Shown here: positions 8,775 through 20,000 of the stretch, in pieces
Layout of the letters: every line of letters starts with the position of its first letter
How positions within the stretch are numbered: the stretch's first letter is position 1
Origin: Octopus sinensis
Lineage: Eukaryota
NCBI RefSeq assembly: GCF_006345805.1
Contig: NW_021836955.1
Coordinates: 1 to 22,251, forward strand
DNA: 22,251 nt
Direction of reading: 5' to 3'
The notes under the pieces: model-generated
The model's input: the letters and a program-made list of their open reading frames with translations, nothing else
The model's database searches: none
Told to the model about the DNA's origin: nothing
Position numbers and translations under genes: made by a program

Positions 8775-11500
8775 TGTTTGACTTTTTCTTTGTATTAGTA
8801 CAAGTTGACTCCAAGTCACACCCAGAGACCTCAAGAGACAACAAGTTAGAAGAAGTTCAAGCTTGTGTTATGTCTAGGGTGTCATATATTTAGTTTTGCA
8901 AATAGCATTGTTCTAAAGAATGTTTAAGAAAACAAGGAAATTATAAGTTTGTTTTAAAATTTGAGATTACAAAGAGAGTATTTTACATAGGATATGGACA
9001 GTTCCCATGAGCACTATCTTTTGAATTTCCTCCATTTTGGGGTTTCCTGATATCTGAGCTAGGTAGGAATCAGACCCGTTTGCTATCATTCCTAGGGCAT
9101 TTATGACAACAGGTATTGTTTTAGTGTTGAGGTTCCACATTTCTATTTCAAGATCTTTATACTTGTTCAGTTTTTAGTAGGTCTTGACAAATACATTTAT
9201 GTCAATTGGGACAGTCATATCAATGAGGTGGCATGATTTTTGTCTGATGTCTTTCAATATAATGTCTGACCTATTTGCATCTCTCTTTATGTCAGTTTGA
9301 ACGATGAAGTTCTAAAGGAGTGAGATGTTATCATTTTCAAGCACTGGAGGTGGTTTATGTTCCCACCAGTTTTTATCATAGGACAGGGCCAGGTTTTTAT
9401 AAATTACCTAGTGAATATACTGTGCTGCTCTATCATGCCTGTTGAGATACTCTGTAGGCGCAAGAAGACTGCACGTGGAGACTACGTGATCAATGGTTTC
9501 ATCTTGTTGTTTACGTACACATGTTAGGCTACTGCCGTTCTTTAATATGTTGGCCTGGTATTTCCTTGTAGGCAGACATTGATCTTGAGCTGTTATGATA
9601 AACCCTTCTGTTTCTGATTTTAAGCCAGAAGACTTTAACCGTTGATAGGTAAGGACTTTGTCAACATCGGCATTATTAGCTCTTTTGGGGTATTTGCTAT
9701 TGAGAGGTTTTTCTTGTCATTTATCAAAAAGAATATCTAAGACACCAGTTTTAGCACGGGTTTTCATACGCTTAGTTTTTTCTGTGCTTGTTTCCAGTAC
9801 GCATAATTCTGGGATTTGTTGTATTTGGAATTCACTTAGATATTCCTTTGCCTCTTTTGTTACTGAATATGATGCTTTCTTGTTTTCGTGCTTTAAGACA
9901 AGTTTTTCAGATAGGTGTGTAGGCCAACTGTGGCATTTTTCATTGTTAATTCCAGTTGTAAAAGTCCACGCTCACTCTTTTTTCTTGGCAGGTAAATTCG
10001 TTCTATATCTACCTTAGAGTGGTGCATTCTACACATTGTCAACAATTTTCGTATTTTTCTGTCAAGATTACCTATTTCAGTAACTGACCAGTTAATGATA
10101 TTGAAACTGTAAATCACGACCGGTATGACTAAAGTGTTGATCGTTTCGATCTTGTTTCTTGCATTCAGCTCTGTCTTGAGTATTTCTCTTACCCTGCGAT
10201 AACATCCTCATCATTGAATGTTTGATTCCATTACCTTCAAATACTCCTAGGTATTTGTAGCTCTCCGCTGTTTCTCACTCCTTTATGATATTCTGCTGGT
10301 CAAGATTAAAGTTGGATGTTTCTGTCTTTTTTCCTTTGATAAAGGTAGAGTTTGCATATTTATCGAGGCCAAATTTCATTCTGATGTCATCAGCGAATTG
10401 CTTAACAATTGCTAGTAAGCCCTGTAGTTGTTGGTCATTTTTTGCAAAGAGCTTTAAATTATACATGTAAAAGAGATGATTTATATTTTTATCAAACATT
10501 TTAGAGCCATATTGTACATCATTGAGCAATTTCGAGAAGGTATTAAGGTCAGACAAAAGAGGAGTGGTGATAGAGAGTCACCCTGGAAAATGCCTCATGA
10601 AATTCTTACATCTCCAGCATTGAGAGATTCATTGTCACTGTTCAAAGTCAGTGTGGTTCTCTATGATCTCACACTTACAGACAAGAAGCTTCGCAGAGTA
10701 GGTGCTATTTTATACATTTCCAGAAAACTTCTTAATCCAGCTATGTGGTAGACTATCAAAAGCGTCTTTTATTGTCTACCCATGCTGTCGACAAGTTTTT
10801 GTGTCGTTTGCGACAATCTTCCAAGATCATCTTGTTGATGAGTAACTGATCTTTACAACCATAGTACCAACGTTTACATCCTTTTTGCTCATTAGGGAAT
10901 ATGCCACTTTCTATTAAAAAACTACAGGTATATTTAGTCAAGACAGATGTTAGCACTTTATACATTGTTGTTAAGCAGATTATGGGTCTATAATTTTTAG
11001 TTCATTTGTTTCTTCATATTTTGGAAGTAGGAATGTAAGACCATTAACAAGCCAAGAGGAAATCATACTAGGTTGTTGCAAAGCATTGTTGTAAAGTTTT
11101 GTTAGCAGTTCATGACTCTCTGAGAAAGCATTCAACCAGAAGTTAGGAATTTTATCCTTTCCTGGAGACTTCCATTTACTTGACTTCCTGAGAGCAGATC
11201 TTACATCCTCTATTTTGATAACCACCCACGTTTGCTCTTCTGAGGGGTTTAAGTCAGTAGATATTCTATCAATCCAAAAGGCCTTTTTATTGTGTTTTTT
11301 TCTTTGCGCCCAAATTTTATTCCAAAATTCCTGTAATACTTTTGATGGGACAGACTTTACTGTAACTGGTATTTTCCCTATCTTCCTGTAAAAATTTTGC
11401 AGCTTCCTGTAAAAGTTTTTGCAGCTTTAGCAGTTACCTTTTGCTTGATGGTTTCTATGGTGGTATCGATGTCAAGTGTGGTTTTCATATAATTTTTTCT
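8774..11500 (-). mobile_element. 5'-truncated non-LTR retrotransposon, R4/Dong-like clade (RT + CCHC + restriction-like endonuclease)
   Basis: Motifs in correct order on -: KWKSPGKDKIPNFWL; EQKGCKR..GCKDQLLINK..AWVD; GIFQGDSLSPLLF (about 10561-10595); HLFYMYNLKLF (YMDD degenerated); KFGLDK; DIERIYLPRK..RGLLQLE; degenerate CCHC ..ETIDHVVSTC..RHD; NRSDII..LIDMTVP..KYKDL. Stop at 8967-8969, then a ~190-nt 3' UTR ending in (TAA)n. Confidence 0.92.
8967..11480 (-). pseudogene. Disrupted reverse transcriptase / RLE polyprotein
   Basis: Multiple stops and frameshifts. ORFs 9893-10117, 10275-10556, 10756-10965 and 10980-11225 of the track are its fragments. Confidence 0.92.
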
Positions 11501-11745
11501 CTAATTGAGGTTTTTTTTAAACATTCTATGTTTAAAGCACTTCATCTCACGTTCCTCTACGATCACTTCAACACCTGACGCGTGGTAAGTCGTGCTCCTG
11601 CTCAGAGAAGGTCAATTTGACGGATGGAGTGGTCTAATGTACACCACATACATTAGATTTGTGCACGTCGTTCGGCAAGAACTGAACACTCATACGTCGT
11701 TTTCGATGGGTGAGTCCATATAAATATATATATATATATATATAT

Positions 11746-11781
<36 letters not shown>

Positions 11782-11784
11782 CTG

Positions 11785-11972
11785 TTTACACTCTGTTACT
11801 TGTTTCAGTCATTTGACTGCGGCCATGCTGGAGCGCAGCCTTTACTCAAACCCCGGGACTTATTCTTTGTAAGCCTAATACTTATTCTATCGGTCTCTTT
11901 TGCCGAACCACTAAGTTACGGGGATGTAAACACACCAGCATCGGTTGTCAAGCGATGTTGGGGGGACAAACA

Positions 11973-12062
<90 letters not shown>

Positions 12063-12226
12063 GACGACGGGCTTCTTTCAGTTTCTGTCTACCAAATCCA
12101 CTCACAAGGCTTTGGTCGGCTCGAGGCTATAGTAGAAGACACTTGCCCAAGGTGCCACGCAGTGGGACTGAACCCGGAACCATGTGGTTGGTAAGCAAGC
12201 TACATCCACACAGCGACTCCTGCGCC
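11785..12226 (-). mobile_element. SINE family A, full length, with internal (CA)n(TA)n at about 11975-12062
   Basis: High similarity to 6491-6894 and 12841-13340; the 5' end ggcgcagg is intact at 12226. Confidence 0.95.
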
Positions 12227-12270
<44 letters not shown>

Positions 12271-12375
12271 GGTAATATAAACAAGAAAACACATAAAAAG
12301 AAAAAAAGAAAAAACAAAACAACGCAACGTGGAACATTAAAGTAAAAAACAAAAGAAGAGGATATATATATATAC

Positions 12376-12424
<49 letters not shown>

Positions 12425-12426
12425 AT

Positions 12427-12462
<36 letters not shown>

Positions 12463-12480
12463 GTGTGTGTGTGTGTATGT
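12227..12480. repeat. (TA)n tracts with an A-rich spacer
   Basis: Read directly. Confidence 0.9.
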
Positions 12481-12840
12481 ACGGTATCTTCAGCTGTTCC
12501 TGCATTTTTTTCACTAATCATGGAGGTCTTAAATGGCCATATTAGTCTAGAATGATATAAACTTGCCTTAATTTTTTAGACAAGTGTGATTTCTATTCAC
12601 GAGCATCCGTGCGAGTTGAAGTGATGGTAAAAGACAATTCTTGGATATGAATAATTACATTTATTCCCATGCACTGAGTAGACGAGATATGGGCAGATGT
12701 ATGCACTTATACTTCTACATATATATGTATGTGCGCATAAAATTTAAATATACTTCTGCCCATATGCAAAAATGTGTATATCTATGATTGAGTGTTTGTT
12801 AGTGTTTCTAGTGTGTTTACGTTTGCATTTGTGCTGAATA

Positions 12841-13075
12841 TACTCTTTACTCTTTTACTCTTTTACTTGTTTCAGTCATTTGACTGCGGCCATGCTGGAG
12901 CACCGCCTTTAGTCGAGCAAATCGACCTTGGGACTTATTCTTTTGTAAGCCCAGTACTTATTCTATCGGTCGCTTTTGCCGAACCGCTAAGTGACGGGGA
13001 CGTAAACACACCAGCATTGGTTGTCAAGCAATGCTAGGGGGACAAACACAGACACACAACATATACACATACACT

Positions 13076-13133
<58 letters not shown>

Positions 13134-13340
13134 ATATATATATATATCTATATATATATATATATATATACATCTACTATTACAGGCTTCTTTCAGTTTC
13201 TGTCTACCAAAATCACTCACGGCATTGGTCGGCCCGGGGCTATGGCAGAAGACACTTGCCCAAGATGCCACGCAGTGGGACTGAACCCGGAACCATGTGG
13301 TTGGTTAGCAAGTTACTTACCACAGAGCCACTCCTGCGCC
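12841..13340 (-). mobile_element. SINE family A, full length, with long internal (TA)n (about 13055-13172) and tandem (gtaaaaga) tail
   Basis: Both halves align with the other A copies; intact 5' end. Confidence 0.95.
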
Positions 13341-13357
13341 TATATGTTTACAAATGT

Positions 13358-13359
13358 GC

Positions 13360-13402
<43 letters not shown>

Positions 13403-13445
13403 TGTGCGTGTGTATGTAGTGTTAGTGTATTTGTGTATGTGTGTA
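13358..13445. repeat. (TG)n microsatellite
   Basis: Read directly. Confidence 0.95.
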
Positions 13446-14221
13446 TACGTATGTGAGTGTCGTTCTGTCTCTAGGCAAGTGTGACTTTCACATAACTTCC
13501 GTTATAATTATGTTCGCCTGTATTTGATTGACTGTCTATTCAGTGAGCAATGTGTATGCGCGTATGTACATATATTATATATGAGTGCGTATTTACATGT
13601 ACGTATATGTGAATGTGTGTGTGTCACTTAGACATCATCAGTTCAAGTATGAAACAATACAAAACAAAAATAAACACTATCAAAATAAATTTTTTTTTAA
13701 ATACCAAATCTAAAATGAAAAATAACCTCTGACTACGATTGCTTCTAGGCTCGTGATAAAAAAATTTTGACGACGGCGTTTCTGGCCTTCCATAACTAGC
13801 AGGTGCGCCTGTAAACAAAATATAGCCTCACTGACGCCACCCGAGGTACAGGCAGCAGCTGAGTCGGGGCACGTGTCGAGCCGTGATAGGGTACAATGGA
13901 ACTTTCCTTCAGTCATGCCTACTGGTCGCCGACCAACGCCAAACAACAAAAGAATCAGTGTTTAGCTCGAACGGGGAAACGATTCACACGTCCACCCCCT
14001 TAACATACACACACCACCATCACCACCAGCACGCACATTCTCCACACCCCGCGTCTCATTCCCCTCTCACTACGACCAAGATATGCTCTCACTGCCACCA
14101 CCACCACCACCCGTAACGTCACGTCCACCCCGCAGTCGCAGTTGTTATTACAGATAAAACTTCCTCCCCGCCACCACCACCACCTCCCCATCTCCACACT
14201 CAACCCGGTATCTACCAACAC

Positions 14222-14375
14222 GTTGACAACGACGACGACTACTACTACTACTACTATTTCTACTACTACTGCTACTACAACTACTACTACTACTGCTACT
14301 ACTACTACTACCACTACTACTACTGTTGCGACTACAACAACAACAACTTCTACTACTACTACTACTACTACTACA

Positions 14376-14419
<44 letters not shown>

Positions 14420-14612
14420 ACTACTACTACCATTACTACTACTGTTGCAGCTACTACTTCTACTACTACTGCTGCTGCTACTACTACCACTACTACTACT
14501 GTTGCGACTACTACTACTACTACAACTACTACTACTACCATTACTACTACTGTTGCAACTACTACTACTGCTGCTGCTGCTGCGACTACGTCTAGTACTA
14601 CTACTGCTGCTA
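14222..14612. repeat. (CTA)n/(CTG)n compound trinucleotide array
   Basis: Read directly; the source of the poly-T/L/S/Y ORFs. Confidence 0.97.
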
Positions 14613-14642
14613 CTCATTCATTTTTTTTTTTCTTCCTAGAAA

Positions 14643-14853
14643 TTAATCCTTTCTACTATAGGCACAAGGCCTGAAATTTGTGAGAAGGAGACTAGTCGAT
14701 TACATCGACCCTCATCGTTTCACTGGTACTTAATCTATGAACCTCGAAATGATGAAAAGCAAAGTCGACATCGGCAGAATTTGAACTCAGAACGTAAGAA
14801 CGGGCGAAATACCGCTAAGCACTTTTGTGGCGTGTTAACGATTCTGCCAGTTC
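14643..14853 (-). mobile_element. SINE family B copy (tail type 2)
   Basis: agtcgattacatcgaccc..aaagtcgacatcggcagaatttgaactcagaacg..aacgattctgccag; B box gagttcaaatt on -. Confidence 0.9.
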
Positions 14854-14883
14854 ATTATTTTTTATACTCAATCTTTTTTTTTT

Positions 14884-14972
14884 ATCTTTTGCTTGCTTCA
14901 GTCATTTGACTGCGGCCATGCTGAGGCGCCATGTTGAAGAATTTTTAGTCAAATAAATCGACCCCGGTACTT
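14884..14972 (-). mobile_element. SINE family A 3' tail fragment
   Basis: ttcagtcatttgactgcggccatgctg..tttagtc.aa.aaatcgacccc matches the family A 3' end. Confidence 0.85.
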
Positions 14973-15539
14973 CATGATTTTTTGTTTTTTCTGTATTTGG
15001 TTTTTTATCTAGTTGGTTTGCTTGCCAGCATTTCAAAAACTTAAAGCTTATCGAAAATTTTAAAATTTGGCACAATAATATATTTTTTCAAGCTGAATTG
15101 CTGAACTGATTTCACCTTTTCCAGAAAAACATTTTTTTTTAAGTTATAGAGGTTTAAAATTTGAACATTTTCACCCAATCAGGAAACAGGATTTGGAAGC
15201 TGTCATTTTGTGCGTGACTGCACATTTTGTCCTCATTCTGAAAATAGTACATGTTGTCAAACAAGTGGTTTCAATATATTTGTCAACACGTGCTTTCTCG
15301 CAGACAAAGGCGTTCTCATGTTCCACTTGTTACTATGGAAAAAGGCGTGAATGTGTGTGTGACTTACGATTGGCTAAAATTACCAAATTTTCAAACTTTA
15401 ATTGCTAGTAATTCTTTATTTAATGATTTAAAGCGAAAATGATTTTCACGTCATTCAGTAGCCTATAAAAGTGTACCATTACACTGAATAGGAAATCAAT
15501 TGGAACAGAATTGGTGCTGGCATCCAAACCGACAAAAAA

Positions 15540-15668
15540 ACACACACGTACACACACACACACACACACACACCACACACACACACACACACCACACACA
15601 CTCACATCATACATACATACATGCATACATGCATACATACATGCATACATACATACATACATACTACA

Positions 15669-15700
<32 letters not shown>

Positions 15701-15722
15701 CATATATATAGATATATATATA

Positions 15723-15778
<56 letters not shown>

Positions 15779-15790
15779 AGAGAGAGAGAG
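15540..15790. repeat. Compound (CA)n(CATA)n(TA)n(GA)n microsatellite
   Basis: Read directly. Confidence 0.97.
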
Positions 15791-16033
15791 TAAAATAAGG
15801 ATTTAGATAGAATCGGGTATTTGAAAAGATATGCACCAGGTAGGGTTGGATAAACCAGTGGTTCCAGCCTATGGCTGATAAATAGAAAATAGGATAATCC
15901 GGTTGTGCACACAGAGAAAACCAGCCCTAAGTGTATTTAGCGCTTAGATGCTGGTCCAAAGCACGCGTTACGCTGATTGTACGTTGTTGGTTTAGAGTGT
16001 GCGACAAGTCGTAAATCCTTTCGTGTATTATAA

Positions 16034-16394
16034 TCAAATGAATAATAACAGACGATGGATAGTTGTCAGCTCGTTACAGCTGTTCTTACGCATTTTTTTA
16101 TAGGAGAAAGAGAACATTACTCCATTACAAAAAGCCGTAATCATCAGATGAAACATAATTTTTGCAAACAAAAGAATTTCCCAAGAATACGGCAGAAACG
16201 TGGCTGAAGTCTGTCGAGGCTCACTATGAAAGAATTAGGCCTCGACAGACTTCAGCCACGTCCCTGCCGTATTCTTGGGATATTCATTTTGGTGAAATGA
16301 CGATTACGGTTTTTTGCAATGAAGTAATCTTCTCATTCTTCGAAACAGCTGTAATGAGCTGACAATTATCCTTCGTCTGTTATTTTTCATTTGA
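16034..16394. repeat. Long imperfect inverted repeat (foldback), ~361 bp, 16-18 nt loop
   Basis: 16198-16220 is the exact reverse complement of 16239-16261. 16179-16220 vs 16239-16280 pairs at 40/42. The outer arms stay colinear to tcaaatg (16034) / catttga (16394), with two left-arm insertions. Confidence 0.95.
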
Positions 16395-16415
16395 GCATAG
16401 ATATATATATATATA

Positions 16416-16565
16416 CGACGGGCTTCTTTCAGTTTCCGTTTACGAAACCCAGGCTTTGGTCAGCCCGAGGTTATAGTAGAAGACACTTACCCAAGATGCC
16501 ACACAGTAGGACTGAACCCGAAACTATGTCGTTGGGAAGCAAGCTTCTTACAACACAACCATGCC
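16416..16565 (-). mobile_element. SINE family A, 5' half only, bounded by (TA)n on both sides
   Basis: cgacgggcttctttcagtttccgt..agaagacactt.cccaag.tgcc..ggactgaacccg matches the family A 5' half. Confidence 0.9.
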
Positions 16566-16600
16566 TATATATATATATATACATATGACTAAATGAACGT

Positions 16601-16790
16601 GCGGAACGACTAAATGAACATTTGAGACAATATGACGATAAAAAAACAGTCCTCCATACTCTACCAACATGCCAAGGACCAATATGGAGGCAACCTGACA
16701 TCCGCATCTTATCCAAGCACCCAAAAGATCTAACACTCAGACAAATACAGGAGTACGTCCTCATAAATGAAACTTCGCCAATTTAATTGG
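16601..16790 (+). pseudogene. Fragment of a GIY-YIG endonuclease C-terminus, Penelope-like element type
   Basis: With two compensating frameshifts: AERLNEHLRQYDDKK/QSSILYQHAKDQYGGN/PDIRILSKHPKDLTLRQIQEYVLINETSP. This fits the R..EH...S.L..H...IL......R.I.E..I...P pattern of PLE GIY-YIG domains. Confidence 0.65.
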
Positions 16791-17123
16791 AAATATACAT
16801 AGTAGATATCATACCCCCATACCCACAGTTTATAGAGGTAGAGTAGAATAGTTATGTAGATAGATATATGCATGTGTGCGTATGGGTGTAGTATATATGT
16901 AGATATAGTATATAGTATATATAATATAATATATATATATATATATAATATATATATATATCTATATATATATGTATTGATAATTGTATATATAATGAAC
17001 TTTACAGAAGTTCCTACCGTTAATCGGCTATATTTACATACCGAATTCTACCAGTAAATAATTGTTGGTTTCTTTAAAAACCATTATAGAAATTATTTAC
17101 TCTTATTATATTATATATATATA

Positions 17124-17162
<39 letters not shown>

Positions 17163-17817
17163 CTATAGAAGATGTATGTAATGTATGATGTGTGGTAGTG
17201 TGTGTGTGGTGTGTGTTGTGTGTGTGTGTGCGCGCTGCGTATGTGTGTGTGTGTGTACGGTTGCATATTTGCACGCGTGTATATATATAGACATATACCC
17301 AACACTTAAATGAGAATAATTATTGTACAATCTATTTTGAAAGGCTTTACTACTATTATTCTAATGTGTTCCCCATTTATACCAACAATTATTTGTGATA
17401 TCTGGAAATAAACTAGGATTTCGAATGAGGAAAAGACCTAACTCATTACATATACAATCTGTAATCGCAGCAATACAAATATGTAAGACCATTCTAAAGT
17501 CTAACATATAAATATTAACGTAGTTGTTATTTAAATTTCAGCGATAGAACTTTGGTCTCTGTTAGAAACCAACACCTTCCTTCTTCGAATATTTCTTATA
17601 GATAAATAAAAAATTTGAATGATAGATAAATATACGCGCGTTTGCAAACTGTGTAGAAAATTTGACATTTTGAAAGAATCCAAGCAAGATTCTTCTTCTC
17701 AGAACGTCTTTTAGTACAGATCAAAACCAAATTGAAAGATTATCTTCCGGCCAAAATAATCGTTCTCAGGCTTCATGTCGCACATGGAATAATAAATAAA
17801 CAAATAAATAAATATAA

Positions 17818-18230
17818 TAAGTAGCTTGCTTACTAACCACATGGTTCCGGGTTCAGTTCCACTGCGTGGCACCTTGGGCAAGTGTCTTCTACTATAACCT
17901 CGGGTCGACCAAAGCCTTGTGAGTGGATTTGGTAGACGGAAACTGAAAGAAGCCCGTCGTATACATGTATATATATATGTGTGTGTGTGTGTATGTATAT
18001 GTATATATGTATACATTTGTGCGTCTGTGTTTGTCCCCCCCAACATTGCTTGACAACCGATGCTGGTGTGTTTACGTCCCCGTAACTTAGCGGTTCGGGA
18101 AAAAGAGACCGATATAATAAGTACTAGGCTTACAAAGAATAAGTCCTGGGGGTCGATTTGCTCGACTAAAGGCAGTGCTCCAGCATGGCCACAGTCAAAT
18201 GACTGAAACAAGTAAAAGAGTAAAAGAGTA
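17818..18230 (+). mobile_element. SINE family A, slightly 5'-truncated, with internal (TA)(TG)
   Basis: Best sense-strand view of family A; B box gggttcagtt and tail gtaaaagagtaaaagag. Confidence 0.95.
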
Positions 18231-18394
18231 TAAAAGTGGGTAGTTGTTGGGTAGCAGACGATGATTATTGAATCTGCTCAAAAGGAGTTGAACTGAGGCT
18301 AACCAACAACCTTCATCACAAGCCAACGAGACAGCTTGTACGGGGAAGCTTACGATCCGGATATAGCAGCGAAAGTTCCCTCAACTAACACCTT

Positions 18395-18574
18395 ATCATG
18401 TTGATTTCAATTTTTGGCACAGAGCCAGCAAGTTCGGGGTAGGCAATAAGTCGATAATATTGACCCCCTGCTCAACTGGTATTCATTTTATCGACCCCTA
18501 AAGGATGAAGACGAAGGAAATACCACTTAGCCCTTTTGTCCAGCATGGTAACGAATCTGCTAGCTCGCTGCCTT
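18395..18574 (-). mobile_element. SINE family B copy (tail type 3), ~40-nt deletion including the B box
   Basis: ttttatcgacccctaaaggatgaa|gacgaaggaaatacc..gctagctcgctgcctt. Confidence 0.85.
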
Positions 18575-18579
18575 AAATC

Positions 18580-18690
18580 TTATCATATTACAAGAAAGAT
18601 GAACATATTACATAATGAATAATTCTAGATGCACTGTATCTTAATTTAAGAAAGGGTGGCCACGGTTAGATGCCCTACAGAAATTAAGGC
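18580..18690 (+). mobile_element. Possible third old repeat family, with related fragments at about 677-740 (-) and 19880-19950 (-)
   Basis: gaaagggtggccacggttagatgcc resembles the reverse complement of 19920-19950 (ggaagggatggctacggatggagcgc) and, weakly, of 700-730. Short, diverged matches only. Confidence 0.35.
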
Positions 18691-18911
18691 TTCCTTACAA
18701 CTCTAAACAATAACATATATACATCCACCGCATTCATTTGCCTCATTCATCAACCCCATTCATCCAACCCATTCGTCCACCTCTTTCATCCTTCCACCCG
18801 TTTCCTCTTTTACACGGTTTCATGCTAGTCATGACTAAACAATTGTTTTATCTTCACTCCACCCCTAAGTGCAAGTTTTGGGAGGTGGGTGGACTGCTTC
18901 ATAGAATCTCT

Positions 18912-19232
<321 letters not shown>

Positions 19233-19364
19233 AAAGAGGAGAAGTAGGAAAAGAAGGAGAAGAAATAGGACGGAGGCGAAGGAGGAGACGGAAGAGTAGT
19301 GCGTGGGGTTAAATTGGACTTCAGCGTGTTTAATTACACCTCTCTTCTACCCACTTCTCTCTCC

Positions 19365-19376
19365 CTTTTTCTCCCT

Positions 19377-19409
<33 letters not shown>

Positions 19410-19700
19410 CCTCTTTCTATCTCTCTTTCCCTCCTACCATAATAGAGTACCTTAAACACAAAAATATTAACAACAAATAAACAGCAAATAACACCACTGC
19501 TGTTGTATTCATGTTTAAATAACATTTTATCGACGATATTCATCTTCTTGTTTAATAATTGGAATTTTTTTCAATTTAAACAAATCGGTTTTATTTATTT
19601 ATTTATTTATTTATTTTTCTTGTTCGTGTATTATTTTATTTATTTATTTAGTTGTTTATGTATTTATTTATGTATTTATTCATTTATTATTTAACGCTTT
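19365..19700. repeat. (CT)n and (TTTA)n low-complexity tracts
   Basis: Read directly. Confidence 0.85.
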
Positions 19701-20000
19701 ATTTAAAAAGCAATTGATTTTTTTCCCTTTTATTCATTTCTGCTAACCAATAGATGTTATTGATGTTGTTGCTATTGTCGTTGCTGTTGTTACTGCTGCT
19801 GCTCTTGATGGTGGTGGTGGTGGTGGTATAAGGGAGGATCATGCTGTTATTATTGTTGTTGTCGATGTTGTTGTCGTCCAGTCCCGGGTCAGTATTGACT
19901 CAGCAAACTTATGGCCGAGAGCGCTCCATCCGTAGCCATCCCTTCCCGACTCTTCCTACATGATATAGCTCACACTACATCATACAATGTATCCTTCCGT

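Noticed and set aside
8774-8870. LINE 3' UTR as donor of the SINE A or B tails
   Set aside because: I see no similarity beyond a few bases; the partner LINE is probably another family.
11520-11715. Sequence next to the LINE 5' end as LINE 5' UTR or ORF continuation
   Set aside because: No reading-frame continuity and the expected N-terminal part is missing; left unclassified.
16162-16362. 66-aa ORF across the palindrome
   Set aside because: Short, non-ATG start, no recognisable motif; incidental to the inverted repeat.
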